Source: an uncultured Pseudomonadota bacterium (GTDB taxonomy: Bacteria; Pseudomonadota; Alphaproteobacteria; Rs-D84). From it: a DNA stretch of 64,000 nt. Of this stretch, positions 9,887-19,551 are shown in pieces. The stretch covers positions 7,157 to 71,156 of the forward strand of contig CADCGT010000002.1 in NCBI GenBank assembly GCA_902801125.1. The letters run 5' to 3'. A program made the position numbers and the translations under genes. Each line of letters starts with the position of its first letter. The first letter of the stretch is position 1. Under the pieces are notes generated by a model. The model had not been told where the DNA came from, did no database searches, and was given only the letters and a program-made list of their open reading frames with translations.

Positions 9887-10438
9887 ATGAATTACCCATA
9901 TATGCCTAAATCCACTGCACTGTGGTTGATTGAAAATACGTCTTTAACATTTGAACAAATCGGCGAATTCTGCGGTCTGCACGAACTTGAGGTTAAAAAT
10001 ATCGCGGATGCCGAGGTTCAAAAGATTCAGGGTCTTGATCCGATTTTGAATGGGCAACTTACCCGTGAAGATATTCAAAAATGTGAATCTGATCCAAATG
10101 CGCGGTTGACATTGCGTGAAAATATTGTTCGTGCCCAAAATGCTCAAAATAAAAAGGGTGTAGGATACACACCAAAATTGCATCGCCAAAATCGTTTGGG
10201 CGGGATTTTGTGGATTTTGAAAAACTGTCCAGAATTGTCGGACGGTCAAATTGCGCGCCTTATGCGCAGCACAAACCCAACGGTTGCATCGGTGCGCAAT
10301 AAAACGCATAAAAATTACAGTGATATTCAAATTCAAAGCCCGATAGTATTGGGGTTGTTGTCGGAATCTGCACTACACGACGCGGTGGCCAAGGCAAACC
10401 GCGCGGCGGAAAAGACAACCAAAGGTAAAAAGAAATAA
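9887..10438 (+). CDS. DUF1013-family protein (alphaproteobacterial, commonly next to rpoD)
   Basis: MPKSTALWLIENTSLTFEQIGEFCGLHELEVKNIADAEV matches my recollection of the DUF1013 N-terminal signature. Confidence 0.55.
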   Translation: MNYPYMPKSTALWLIENTSLTFEQIGEFCGLHELEVKNIADAEVQKIQGLDPILNGQLTREDIQKCESDPNARLTLRENIVRAQNAQNKKGVGYTPKLHRQNRLGGILWILKNCPELSDGQIARLMRSTNPTVASVRNKTHKNYSDIQIQSPIVLGLLSESALHDAVAKANRAAEKTTKGKKK

Positions 10439-10456
10439 TTTATCAAACCATAAATC

Positions 10457-12547
10457 ATGGGGTTTTTGATGTCCAAAAAACTTGATAGCGCAACCAAATT
10501 ATTGGTGGATTCATTACCGGAAAACCTGCAAAAATTGGCGACTTCGTCATTGGAAAACGGGTATTTGTCCCAAATGGACTTTAATGCCGCGGTTGATGCC
10601 GACGAAATTCCCGACGAAGAACAATCCGAAGTCCAAGATTTCTTTAAACAAGATTTGGGTCTTGAATTTATTGAAAACGACGATTATCCCAAAGATTTGG
10701 AAAAGTATTATGATGAAGATTCCGATGAAAATGCGGAAAAATATCGCAATATTTTGAACGCCGATGCAGAACAGGTTGATATCAACGACGAAGACTATGA
10801 ACATTATGCCAAGCAATTGGAACGCAGCCAAACCGGCAATCTGGTCTTGGGCGTCCAAGATTCTGTGCAATCGTATTTGAAACAAATTGGTATGGTGCAA
10901 TTATTGACCGCCGCAGGTGAAGTCGCCATTGCCCAGCGTATAGAGGCCGCATCGCGTTTAATGATTTATGGCCTGTGCGAAAGCCCTATGACAATTCAGG
11001 CAATGCTTGATTGGTATCAACAATTATTGAATGAAGATATTCGGTTGCGATACATTGTGAATCTAGAAGCCATGTATTCGTCTGATTCTGAACAAAAATC
11101 TTTGGCGGCGATTTCCGAAACATTAAAATCCAAGGGCGTAGATCAGGTTGACGATTTGGACGACGATGATTTAGATGATTTGGAAGAAAGCGTCGGCGAC
11201 GACGATGACGATGATGATGATGACGATGTTTTGGACGACGACAAGAAAGAAGATACACCGCGCGGCACATCTGGGGTTCCGATTCCGGTAATGGAAGAAG
11301 CATTGATGCCGATGATTATGGATTTGTTCGCAAAAATCAAACGCACATTTACCGGTATGCAAAAATTACAGAATATGCGTTTGGAAAATTTGCTGACTTC
11401 GTCAAAGCCGGACCAGGCACTGGAAGACAAATACAATAAAATGCGCCTGAACCTGTTCGAGTATGTAAGCAAGATTCGAATGAACGACGACCGCATCGCG
11501 GAAATTATGGAAAAATTGACCCAGCGTGACCAGTTGTTGATGGGGTTGGAAGGCAAACTGTTGCGCCTTGCCATGGCGAACAAGATTAAACGCGAAGATT
11601 TCTTGGCGGAATATGTTGGCAACGAATTGAATCGTAATTGGGTCAAGAAATTATTGAAACACAAAAGCAATACATGGGTCAACTTTGCTAAAAAGCACGG
11701 TGCCGACATTGCAAAAATCCAAGACGATATTCGTGCGATTGCGTTTGAAACCGGTCAACCGACCGCCGAATATAAAAAAGTTGTAGAATTGGTCCGCCGT
11801 GGCCAGAGTGAGGCCGCCCGCGCAAAACGCGAAATGATTGAGGCAAATTTGCGTCTTGTTATCAAATTTGCGAAAAAAAGCAGTAATCGTGGTCTGGGGC
11901 TGGATTTTTCCGATTTGGTCCAAGACGGCAATATCGGTTTGATGAAGGCGGTTGATAAATTTGACTATCGTTTGGGAAACAAATTTTCAACATATGCCAC
12001 AAATTGGATACAACAGGCCATTTTGCGCAGCATCGCAGACCAGGCCCGCACAATTCGTATTCCGGTGCATATGATTGATAACATACACAAAATTCAACGT
12101 GCGTCGCGGCAATTTATGCATAAATATGGCCGGCAACCGACCGCCGAAGAATTGTCCAAAATTATATACTTGCCGGTGGAAAAAATTCACAAGGCCATGA
12201 AAGTGAACCTGCGTCCGATATCGCTTGAGGCACCCGTTGGCACCGAAGACGACAGTTCGCGTATGGAAATCATTGCGGATGAAACGGCAAAGAATCCATT
12301 TACATCGGCGGCGCAAAAGAATTTGCGGAAAATTGTCACACAAATTCTGTCTGAATTGGATCCCAAGGAAGAAACCGTCCTGCGCCAGCGCTTTGGTATG
12401 AGTACCAATAAAACCAGCACATTGGAAGAGGTTGGCGAATACATCGGTGTGACGCGTGAACGCATCCGCCAGATTGAACAAAAGGCACTGAACAAATTAA
12501 AGCACCCAACGCGGGCACGCAAATTGCGCAGTTTCTTGGAAGATTAA
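10457..12547 (+). CDS. rpoD: RNA polymerase sigma factor RpoD (sigma-70)
   Basis: Acidic region [23 protein letters not shown]. Regions 2-4 include IAKKYSNRGL-like and YATWWIRQAI-like segments. Confidence 0.97.
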   Translation: MGFLMSKKLDSATKLLVDSLPENLQKLATSSLENGYLSQMDFNAAVDADEIPDEEQSEVQDFFKQDLGLEFIENDDYPKDLEKYYDEDSDENAEKYRNILNADAEQVDINDEDYEHYAKQLERSQTGNLVLGVQDSVQSYLKQIGMVQLLTAAGEVAIAQRIEAASRLMIYGLCESPMTIQAMLDWYQQLLNEDIRLRYIVNLEAMYSSDSEQKSLAAISETLKSKGVDQVDDLDDDDLDDLEESVGDDDDDDDDDDVLDDDKKEDTPRGTSGVPIPVMEEALMPMIMDLFAKIKRTFTGMQKLQNMRLENLLTSSKPDQALEDKYNKMRLNLFEYVSKIRMNDDRIAEIMEKLTQRDQLLMGLEGKLLRLAMANKIKREDFLAEYVGNELNRNWVKKLLKHKSNTWVNFAKKHGADIAKIQDDIRAIAFETGQPTAEYKKVVELVRRGQSEAARAKREMIEANLRLVIKFAKKSSNRGLGLDFSDLVQDGNIGLMKAVDKFDYRLGNKFSTYATNWIQQAILRSIADQARTIRIPVHMIDNIHKIQRASRQFMHKYGRQPTAEELSKIIYLPVEKIHKAMKVNLRPISLEAPVGTEDDSSRMEIIADETAKNPFTSAAQKNLRKIVTQILSELDPKEETVLRQRFGMSTNKTSTLEEVGEYIGVTRERIRQIEQKALNKLKHPTRARKLRSFLED

Positions 12548-12552
12548 ATAAC

Positions 12553-12576
12553 CGGGGGCGTTTTTGCGCCCCCGAT
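12553..12576 (+). terminator. Hairpin terminator after rpoD
   Basis: CGGGGGCG-ttttt-GCGCCCCCG palindrome. Confidence 0.5.
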
Positions 12577-12596
12577 TATAACCAAAGGGGGCAAAT

Positions 12597-13238
12597 ATGA
12601 AAAATACAATTTTGTTTTGTACGGGACCTTCGGGTTCGGGAAAATCGTATTTTATCAAGAACACTTTACCGGATGGGTTGTTCTATAACCTAAAATCTGC
12701 GACAACGCGCGATATGCGTGTGGGCGAGGTTGATGGGCGCGAGTATTATTTTCGTGATGAAGCATATTTTGATAATACGCCATTGGTTACGCGTTTGTGG
12801 GTGAATCGTGATTTTTGGAAACCGGGTGACCGGAAATGGTTGTATGGTGTTCCGGAAAGTGAAGTTATAAGCCACCTGGGCCAGAATTTTACATACGATG
12901 TAATTCAACCGCAATATGTGCGCCAAATGATAGATTGGTTCAACATGCACGGTTTGGATACATCGTACACGTATAAAATTGCGTGGTTTTTGCCCCCGAA
13001 AAATAATTTTGATGTTGTGGCGGCGCGCGCAAATATGCCGAACGATATGGCGGTTCGTCGCCAGAATACGTGTGATGCAAGTGATTTTTTGGATGCGGCT
13101 ATCTGGCCGGATTATATCTTGCGACCAATCACGGGCGATATGGATGCGCGTTTGATGCAATATATTGGCGCAGTATATGACGATATGATATGGCACCGTT
13201 CCAAAATCAAACCCAACCAACCCAAGAATGCGCGATAA
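12597..13238 (+). CDS. Guanylate-kinase-like P-loop NMP kinase (atypical, orphan)
   Basis: Walker A GPSGSGKS and a Gmk-like KSATTRDMRVGEVDGREYYF. The C-terminal half diverges from canonical Gmk. Confidence 0.5.
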   Translation: MKNTILFCTGPSGSGKSYFIKNTLPDGLFYNLKSATTRDMRVGEVDGREYYFRDEAYFDNTPLVTRLWVNRDFWKPGDRKWLYGVPESEVISHLGQNFTYDVIQPQYVRQMIDWFNMHGLDTSYTYKIAWFLPPKNNFDVVAARANMPNDMAVRRQNTCDASDFLDAAIWPDYILRPITGDMDARLMQYIGAVYDDMIWHRSKIKPNQPKNAR

Positions 13239-13244
13239 AAAACA

Positions 13245-13268
13245 CCGCCCGTTCGGGCGGCTTTTAAT
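13245..13268. terminator. Bidirectional hairpin terminator between convergent genes
   Basis: CCGCCCG-ttc-GGGCGG followed by CTTTTAATT. Confidence 0.5.
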
Positions 13269-14349
13269 TATCCAACACGCCGGCGTGATAGACGGTATTG
13301 TTGTATGTTAAATTCAAACTGACGGTGCCGCCGTTACCGGCCTCAAGTGGCACATAGCATGTCACGCCGTTTTGCCTAATATTGATTGCCACACTTGTCA
13401 CCTTGGTTGCAAACAGCGGAAATGATAAACCGGTACCGGTTTTTAATTGTGTGGCAAACGAACACAAATCCGGACACACACCATTATACGCGTGATCACA
13501 CGCCACCGCATCCGGTTTACAGGCAACACGCGGCGTTGCCGCGGTACCGCTTGTGCCAGGTTTCCAATAATTTTCATATCCGGTTGTTACTTGTGTTGTC
13601 CCGGTTGGACATGTTGTAGCCAACTTGGTATCGTTTTTGAATATATCGGTCATATTGGATGTGTTGGATGTGCTTATATTGTCAATACCATCAAATAAGT
13701 TATATGGTATATATCCATCCAAATTAGTGCATCCATAAAACATCTCGTTAAACATTCGTGTTCGTGCGTTTCCGTGTATCCCATCAAATAATGTAGCTGG
13801 AATTAGACCACGCAGGTTGGTTGCGCCACGAAACGCCGAATAAAATAATGGTTGATCCGTTGCACTGGTCCCGTTGTTCAGTGTTGGAAACAAAGCGCCC
13901 AAACTGCCCGAAATTTCGTACAGGTATTCTGGTGTTGCATAACCACCATATATACTTATAACCGCATTTGCATAATTTGTATCTTTCTTTGGATACTGAG
14001 TAAAATTGCCGCTCAATCTAATGGTATAACATTCTTGGTTATCATAAAATTTGCGCGTAATTGCCATACGGTTGTTCAGGTTATTATTTCCTAATGTTTT
14101 GGTTTCTGTGTACCCGTCCCCCCAATCAATATACAAAGTTCCAAGTGCAGAAACATAAAAAGTAAAATCGTCTCCGTTTGATGGGAAATTACATACCCGC
14201 ATTTCAAATTGTGATGGGACACATGTTGCACCGTTGTTTATAGAAATTTCATCAGCTGTGCATGCGACCGCGGGCGCGATATGAAGCGCGCCAAAAACAC
14301 CGACAAATACGAGTGTCGAAATACGCAAAAAACGCACAAGATTCAACAT
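13264..14349 (-). CDS. Secreted repeat protein of unknown function
   Basis: Signal peptide MLNLVRFLRISTLVFVGVFGALHIAPAVA. Internal repeats GLIPATLFDGIHGN / GYIPYNLFDGIDNIS. Cys-rich C-terminus. Confidence 0.55.
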   Translation of the reverse strand: MLNLVRFLRISTLVFVGVFGALHIAPAVACTADEISINNGATCVPSQFEMRVCNFPSNGDDFTFYVSALGTLYIDWGDGYTETKTLGNNNLNNRMAITRKFYDNQECYTIRLSGNFTQYPKKDTNYANAVISIYGGYATPEYLYEISGSLGALFPTLNNGTSATDQPLFYSAFRGATNLRGLIPATLFDGIHGNARTRMFNEMFYGCTNLDGYIPYNLFDGIDNISTSNTSNMTDIFKNDTKLATTCPTGTTQVTTGYENYWKPGTSGTAATPRVACKPDAVACDHAYNGVCPDLCSFATQLKTGTGLSFPLFATKVTSVAINIRQNGVTCYVPLEAGNGGTVSLNLTYNNTVYHAGVLDN

Positions 14350-14399
14350 GTTATATTTTTGCTGGTTTTTCCTTTCCTTATCTTTAATTTAAGGCTAGC

Positions 14400-14420
14400 A
14401 AAAATGCGCCAAACGGCGCA
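14400..14420 (-). terminator. Rho-independent terminator downstream of the coiled-coil gene
   Basis: GCGCC-gttt-GGCGC followed on the minus strand by ATTTTT. Confidence 0.5.
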
Positions 14421-14458
14421 AGTATAAATATATATTTTTTACAATTTTTTTAGATTTT

Positions 14459-16387
14459 TTATATCTGTGCGGCAAGTGCGGAATATATCACACCCAAATC
14501 CGTCTTGATCAATGTTGCCGACAATTTATCGGGGGCGTCTGTTTGTTTTGCCGCCACCAATATTTTATCGAAACTGCGCACGAATTGTGTCGCCTGGGAC
14601 CGGAATACAGAATCAGATTTTAACAAATCGCGAATCCTTTTTTTGTCGGCGGCGCGAACGATTTTCGCCATCCACTTTGCGAATATTGTTTTGTCGCCAT
14701 CGTGATACTTTTTCCAAACAACATCTGGAATTTCACCACCCATAGCGCGGGTAAGGTCGATTGTCTGTTCATACATTTTATCAAATTCACGCGCACTGGC
14801 GTCCAAGAAATCGCGGCTGCTGGCGCCCGGGATCGGTGCCGCGGTGGTGGCGGATTTAATCGCCTCCATCGGGGCGGCGGCGCGCGCAACCATCATTTGT
14901 TTGTTCAATGTCTGCATCGTGTCAACGGCCTTGGCATAGTCAGACATCAAATCAATCATTTGTTGGCGCGATGCCCCGGCCAGGTTTTCCAATTTCAACG
15001 CAGATTCAGAAACACTGACCGTCGATTTTTCGACCGTATCGCGTATTGCGGCAATTTTTTCATCCAATTCCGATACAATTTTGCCAAGTCCAATTCCGGC
15101 GTCGCCCGATTGCCGCGCCAATTCGGGCAGGGCTTCATAGTATTTTTCAATCAATTCAGACAGCGGTTTTAACTGGGCGGTTGTTTGTTCCGACATTTTA
15201 ATCAATCCTTCGGATTGGCCGGTCAATTGCGTGTGTGCCGCGTTCATTTCTATCAATGTTTCGCGCACGCCCGTCGCCATGGATTTAACCGATTCGGAAA
15301 ACGCGTTTGCGGCGGTCTTGGTGTCTTTTAATGTTGTGTTCGCAACGCCAGATACGGTCTGTAATTCACCAACAACATCGTTTGCAAAATCCTTGATTTC
15401 GGTTTCAAAATGATTGGTCAAACCCGACAATTCGGACGATATGCCGCGCACAGAACTTTCCGTTTCGGTTGCACTGGTCATCAAAGATTCAACCGCATCG
15501 GTCAATTTCTTGATTTGTTTTTCGATGGACGATTCCGATAATAAAACCTGGGCGCCGACGACATTCGCGGTGTTCGTAAGGGTGTTCATCTGGGCCGTCA
15601 ATTGCTTTTTGCTCTGTTTGCCGAAATTATCAAGTTTGCTAAGGTATGCATTTATAACCTTGTTATTTTCATCGATAACATTTTCATAATTTGATGCAGA
15701 ATTTTTAATTTCATTAAATCCATCAACACTGTTTTTGGTCAATTCTGAAATTTGACCCTGGATAGTATTTGATTCTTCGGTCATTTTTTGAAATTGTTCT
15801 GTGTTGGATTCAAACGCACTACGCAATTGGTTTTCAAGGTTTCCACTGGCATCGGTCCACTGTGCGATTTTTGTGTCGATTTGTGAAATTTTGTCGGTGG
15901 AATCGTTTGTGGTTTCGGTTATGCGCGCCAATGTTTCGCCAACGGTTTGTGCAAATCGGTCTGTTGCCGATGCGGCGTTTTCCCACGATTTGGATGTCAC
16001 CACCTGGGTAAGGCCGGAAATAGTATTATCCATGCGCCCGGTCATTTGAACCACGCGTTGAATCGCATTGTTTGCAACATCAACCAATTCTGTATTGTGC
16101 GTGTTCAATTCATCACGCAATTTCTGGGCAGATTCGATTTGTGAATTTAATGTTGCCTGCATGTTTTGGAAACACGCAATAATGCGTTTAATTTCATCCG
16201 CCATTATTACCTGTAATACGCGTGACGCATCGGTGATTCGCGCACGGTCGGGCGCGGTCATAATCGATATGACCGATTCCATAACGCGCTGGGATTTTCG
16301 CGATATGAAAAACAGCACAATCAACGCGATAAACATTAAACCCATAACCGATATACCGGCGATAACCAAAATATTGTTTAAATCCAT
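14459..16387 (-). CDS. Membrane-anchored long coiled-coil protein
   Basis: N-terminal TM segment ILVIAGISVMGLMFIALIVLFFI, then ~550 aa of Q/E/T/S-rich heptad-like sequence and a globular C-terminal domain. No MCP signalling signature. Start at the internal ATG with RBS AAGGAAATG. Confidence 0.55.
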   Translation of the reverse strand: MDLNNILVIAGISVMGLMFIALIVLFFISRKSQRVMESVISIMTAPDRARITDASRVLQVIMADEIKRIIACFQNMQATLNSQIESAQKLRDELNTHNTELVDVANNAIQRVVQMTGRMDNTISGLTQVVTSKSWENAASATDRFAQTVGETLARITETTNDSTDKISQIDTKIAQWTDASGNLENQLRSAFESNTEQFQKMTEESNTIQGQISELTKNSVDGFNEIKNSASNYENVIDENNKVINAYLSKLDNFGKQSKKQLTAQMNTLTNTANVVGAQVLLSESSIEKQIKKLTDAVESLMTSATETESSVRGISSELSGLTNHFETEIKDFANDVVGELQTVSGVANTTLKDTKTAANAFSESVKSMATGVRETLIEMNAAHTQLTGQSEGLIKMSEQTTAQLKPLSELIEKYYEALPELARQSGDAGIGLGKIVSELDEKIAAIRDTVEKSTVSVSESALKLENLAGASRQQMIDLMSDYAKAVDTMQTLNKQMMVARAAAPMEAIKSATTAAPIPGASSRDFLDASAREFDKMYEQTIDLTRAMGGEIPDVVWKKYHDGDKTIFAKWMAKIVRAADKKRIRDLLKSDSVFRSQATQFVRSFDKILVAAKQTDAPDKLSATLIKTDLGVIYSALAAQI

Positions 16388-16476
16388 TTCCTTTGCCCCC
16401 CAAAAAATAGAACATATATGTTCTTGCAGTTTCTGACACTTTATACTAAAATTCATAAAATAAAGCAAGGATATAA

Positions 16477-19107
16477 ATGATAAAAAAAGATAAACTTTCA
16501 CCCGAACAGGAAATTGCCGCCGAACCAACACTTAATGTCTGGGTCCAGGCAAACGCCGGCACCGGAAAAACCAGTGTTTTAACCGAACGGTTGTTGCGTA
16601 TATTGTTTCGGGCCGATGAACCAATGGGTGGAATTTTATGTTTGACCTATACCAACGCGGCGGCGGGCGAAATGCGTAATCGTATTTTGGCGGCGTTGCG
16701 TCGTTGGGCAATGTCAAATGATAAAGATTTGTGCGAATTATTGCGCGGGGTGACAACAAATAAAAATCCAACGCCGGCGGATATATCGCATGCGCGCGAC
16801 ATATTTTTTAAATATATCGACACACCGGAAATATTAAAGATAAAAACTATACACGGTTTTTGTGAAGAAATTTTGCATCGTTTCCCGACCGAGGCCGGCC
16901 TTTCACCATCTTGGTCTTTGATATCCGATGCACCGCAACAGGTTTTGTTAAATGATGCGTTAAATGCGCTTGTAAATTCTCCGTCAAACGATGCGCGAAC
17001 GGTTGGGGCGTTTAACCATATTGTTGGCATAGTATCTGAATATAAAATCGATGATTTATTAAAAAATATTGGTCAACAATACAAGCACTTTTTTACGGTG
17101 AATAATTTTGATAACTATCGCGAATACTTTATTGATACGATTGAAAAAATTCTAAATATAAAAAATAAAAATTATACACAAAAAAACGATGAAAAATTGC
17201 GTTTCATCGTTGAAAGCGCAAAAAACGAAAAAAAGATCGGTAAAAAACTTGAAAACCTGATTCGCCTTACCGAACAATATATTAAAAACACAATAGATTT
17301 TGAAGAATACAAATCTGCGTATTTAACCACGGCCGGAACGATTATCCAGGGAGGTCTAAATTATGATTATTTAGATGCGGAAAAAGAACGTGTGTTCAAC
17401 GAAAATGTGTATCGCATAAATTATAAAATTTATACGGCGACAATTGCGTTGTTTGATTTGTCGGCGGCATTTGCAAAAAAATATATGGAATTGAAACAAA
17501 TTCATAATGTGTTGGATTTTGAAGATTTGATTTTATACACACACCGTTTGTTTTCAAACCCGGAAAATATGGGCTGGGTTTTATCCCAGATGGATTTGTC
17601 CTTGTCGCATATCTTGGTGGACGAGGCCCAAGATACCGGCCCATTGCAATGGGAACTGTTGCAAATGTTGTCTGGGGATTTCTTTGCCGAAGGCGATAGA
17701 ACGAATTTGCCGCGTTCGTTGTTCGTTGTGGGCGATACAAAACAATCAATCTATGGATTCCAAGGTGCCGACCCGAACGCGTTTGCGGCAAGTCGCGAAC
17801 AAATATCGGCCCAAATTAAAAACAACGCGCGCCAAATACGCGAAGTACCACTGACGCAAAGTTTCCGTTCGGTTGAACCGATATTGCAAACGGTCGATAT
17901 GTTTTTTGGAAACGAAAATGTTGCCGCGCGCACGGGCTTTGTAAACAATCCGCATAAATGTTTTCGTGTTGGTGATGTGGGCGCGGTTGAATTGCATGGA
18001 CTGTGCACACCGGGCGAAAGGCAAACGGAAATCGCCCGCAAAGAATACATTCGTGATATTGCCGATAAAATAGAAACATTATTGTTGGGCGGTAAATATG
18101 AACCGCACGACATTATGATTCTTGTACAAAATCGGAATCCGCTTGCGGTTCCGATGGCAAATGAATTAAAGCGTCGCGGCATAGATGTCGCGGGCAGTGA
18201 TCGCGTCATTTTGCCAAATTTCCCGGTGATTCGCGATTTAATGAACTTGTTGCGTTTTTGCATGGATAATGACGATGATTATTCTTTGGCGTGTGTGTTA
18301 AAAAGTCCGTTATTCGGATTAAATGACGATGCGTTATATAAAATATGCATGGCGCGAAATAATGAAACGGTGCGTCGCCGTCGTGAAAATCCGGAGGCAC
18401 CGCGCGCAACAATTCGTGAATTTGTTAAAAATATGTATCCAGAAATATATTCGTGCCTGGTCGATTTTGTGGCGCGTGCGCAAATCGATGGACCATACAG
18501 TTTCTTTACATACGTATTAAACACAAATAAAACGCGTGAAAAGTTTATTGCGGCGCTTGGCCCCCAGATAATAGATCCATTGGAAGAATTTATTACCATG
18601 TGTCTTGCGTATGAACGCACGCGTCCTGGGGGGCTTAGACATTTTATAAAGTGGTTTATTACCGGAAACAGTGAAATAAAACGCGATATGGATTCGGGGT
18701 CTGGGGTTCGTATTGTCACTGTCCATGGCAGTAAAGGTCTGCAATCGCCCGTTGTATTTTTAATAGACACAACATCGGTTCCAAAATCACACAATATATA
18801 TGATTTGCCCGATGCCAATATGCCGATATGGCTTTGGACGCCACACACCGCGGATGGCGTGACACCACAATTATTAAACATTCGTGATAAACAATTGTCC
18901 AAAGATATCGAAGAAAGTTTTCGTTTGTTGTATGTGGCGATGACGCGTGCGCGTGACGAATTGTATATTTATGGGTTTACACCAAACAAATCCGCCCCAG
19001 AAATATCGTGGCATTCAATGTTGTGGGAAACTTTATCGCGGGCGCCGGGTATAACGGTTTCAAATGATTTAATAAGGATTTCAAACGATGACGGCAATGT
19101 TAAATGA
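16477..19107 (+). CDS. addA: Double-strand break repair helicase AddA, N-terminal UvrD-like helicase portion
   Basis: LSPEQEIAAEPTLNVWVQANAGTGKTSVLTERLLRIL (AddA N-terminus with Walker A), UvrD motifs, C-terminal VHGSKGLQ.. / YVAMTRARDELYIY. Confidence 0.8.
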   Translation: MIKKDKLSPEQEIAAEPTLNVWVQANAGTGKTSVLTERLLRILFRADEPMGGILCLTYTNAAAGEMRNRILAALRRWAMSNDKDLCELLRGVTTNKNPTPADISHARDIFFKYIDTPEILKIKTIHGFCEEILHRFPTEAGLSPSWSLISDAPQQVLLNDALNALVNSPSNDARTVGAFNHIVGIVSEYKIDDLLKNIGQQYKHFFTVNNFDNYREYFIDTIEKILNIKNKNYTQKNDEKLRFIVESAKNEKKIGKKLENLIRLTEQYIKNTIDFEEYKSAYLTTAGTIIQGGLNYDYLDAEKERVFNENVYRINYKIYTATIALFDLSAAFAKKYMELKQIHNVLDFEDLILYTHRLFSNPENMGWVLSQMDLSLSHILVDEAQDTGPLQWELLQMLSGDFFAEGDRTNLPRSLFVVGDTKQSIYGFQGADPNAFAASREQISAQIKNNARQIREVPLTQSFRSVEPILQTVDMFFGNENVAARTGFVNNPHKCFRVGDVGAVELHGLCTPGERQTEIARKEYIRDIADKIETLLLGGKYEPHDIMILVQNRNPLAVPMANELKRRGIDVAGSDRVILPNFPVIRDLMNLLRFCMDNDDDYSLACVLKSPLFGLNDDALYKICMARNNETVRRRRENPEAPRATIREFVKNMYPEIYSCLVDFVARAQIDGPYSFFTYVLNTNKTREKFIAALGPQIIDPLEEFITMCLAYERTRPGGLRHFIKWFITGNSEIKRDMDSGSGVRIVTVHGSKGLQSPVVFLIDTTSVPKSHNIYDLPDANMPIWLWTPHTADGVTPQLLNIRDKQLSKDIEESFRLLYVAMTRARDELYIYGFTPNKSAPEISWHSMLWETLSRAPGITVSNDLIRISNDDGNVK

Positions 19108-19534
19108 TTTAATATCTGTGCGCACACACCAAGAATACGCAACCGCATCGGGGCGTCGCACGCACGCACAAATGGCGCATGTCTTTTACACCAAAGATGG
19201 CTGGACGGGCGATACAGAATTGATAAAACAAATTTCTGGGATTCCAAATATGTCGGAATTTTTTGGGCCACTTTCCAGGACCGAGGTTCCAATCGCGGGG
19301 TATGTCGATGGAAAGTTTATAAGCCGTCGCGTTGACCGATTGTATGTTGATGATATGGCGCACAAAGTGGTTGTCTTGGATTATAAAACAGATGTAAATA
19401 AAAATTTGTTCCGTAAAAAATATACAGAACAATTAAAAGAATATTATTTATTGTTAAAGCAAATTTACAAAAATTATTCGATTGAATGCAATGTGCTTTG
19501 GCTGAATGATTTTACACTGGAAAACATAATATAA
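19088..19534 (+). CDS. addA: AddA C-terminal RecB-family nuclease domain in the +1 frame (frameshift-split or pseudogenised addA)
   Basis: GYVDGKFISRRVDRLYV...VVVLDYKTD...EQLKEYYLLL matches the RecB nuclease motifs (D...D.K, Q..Y). Overlaps the upstream ORF by 20 nt in another frame. Confidence 0.7.
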   Translation: MTAMLNDLISVRTHQEYATASGRRTHAQMAHVFYTKDGWTGDTELIKQISGIPNMSEFFGPLSRTEVPIAGYVDGKFISRRVDRLYVDDMAHKVVVLDYKTDVNKNLFRKKYTEQLKEYYLLLKQIYKNYSIECNVLWLNDFTLENII

Positions 19535-19551
19535 ACGGGTATAATACTGGC

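Noticed and set aside
14459-16387. Calling the coiled-coil membrane protein a methyl-accepting chemotaxis protein
   Set aside because: The highly conserved MCP signalling motif (LALNAAIEAARAGE.GRGFAVVA) and HAMP features are absent. Only a generic TM plus coiled-coil architecture is visible.
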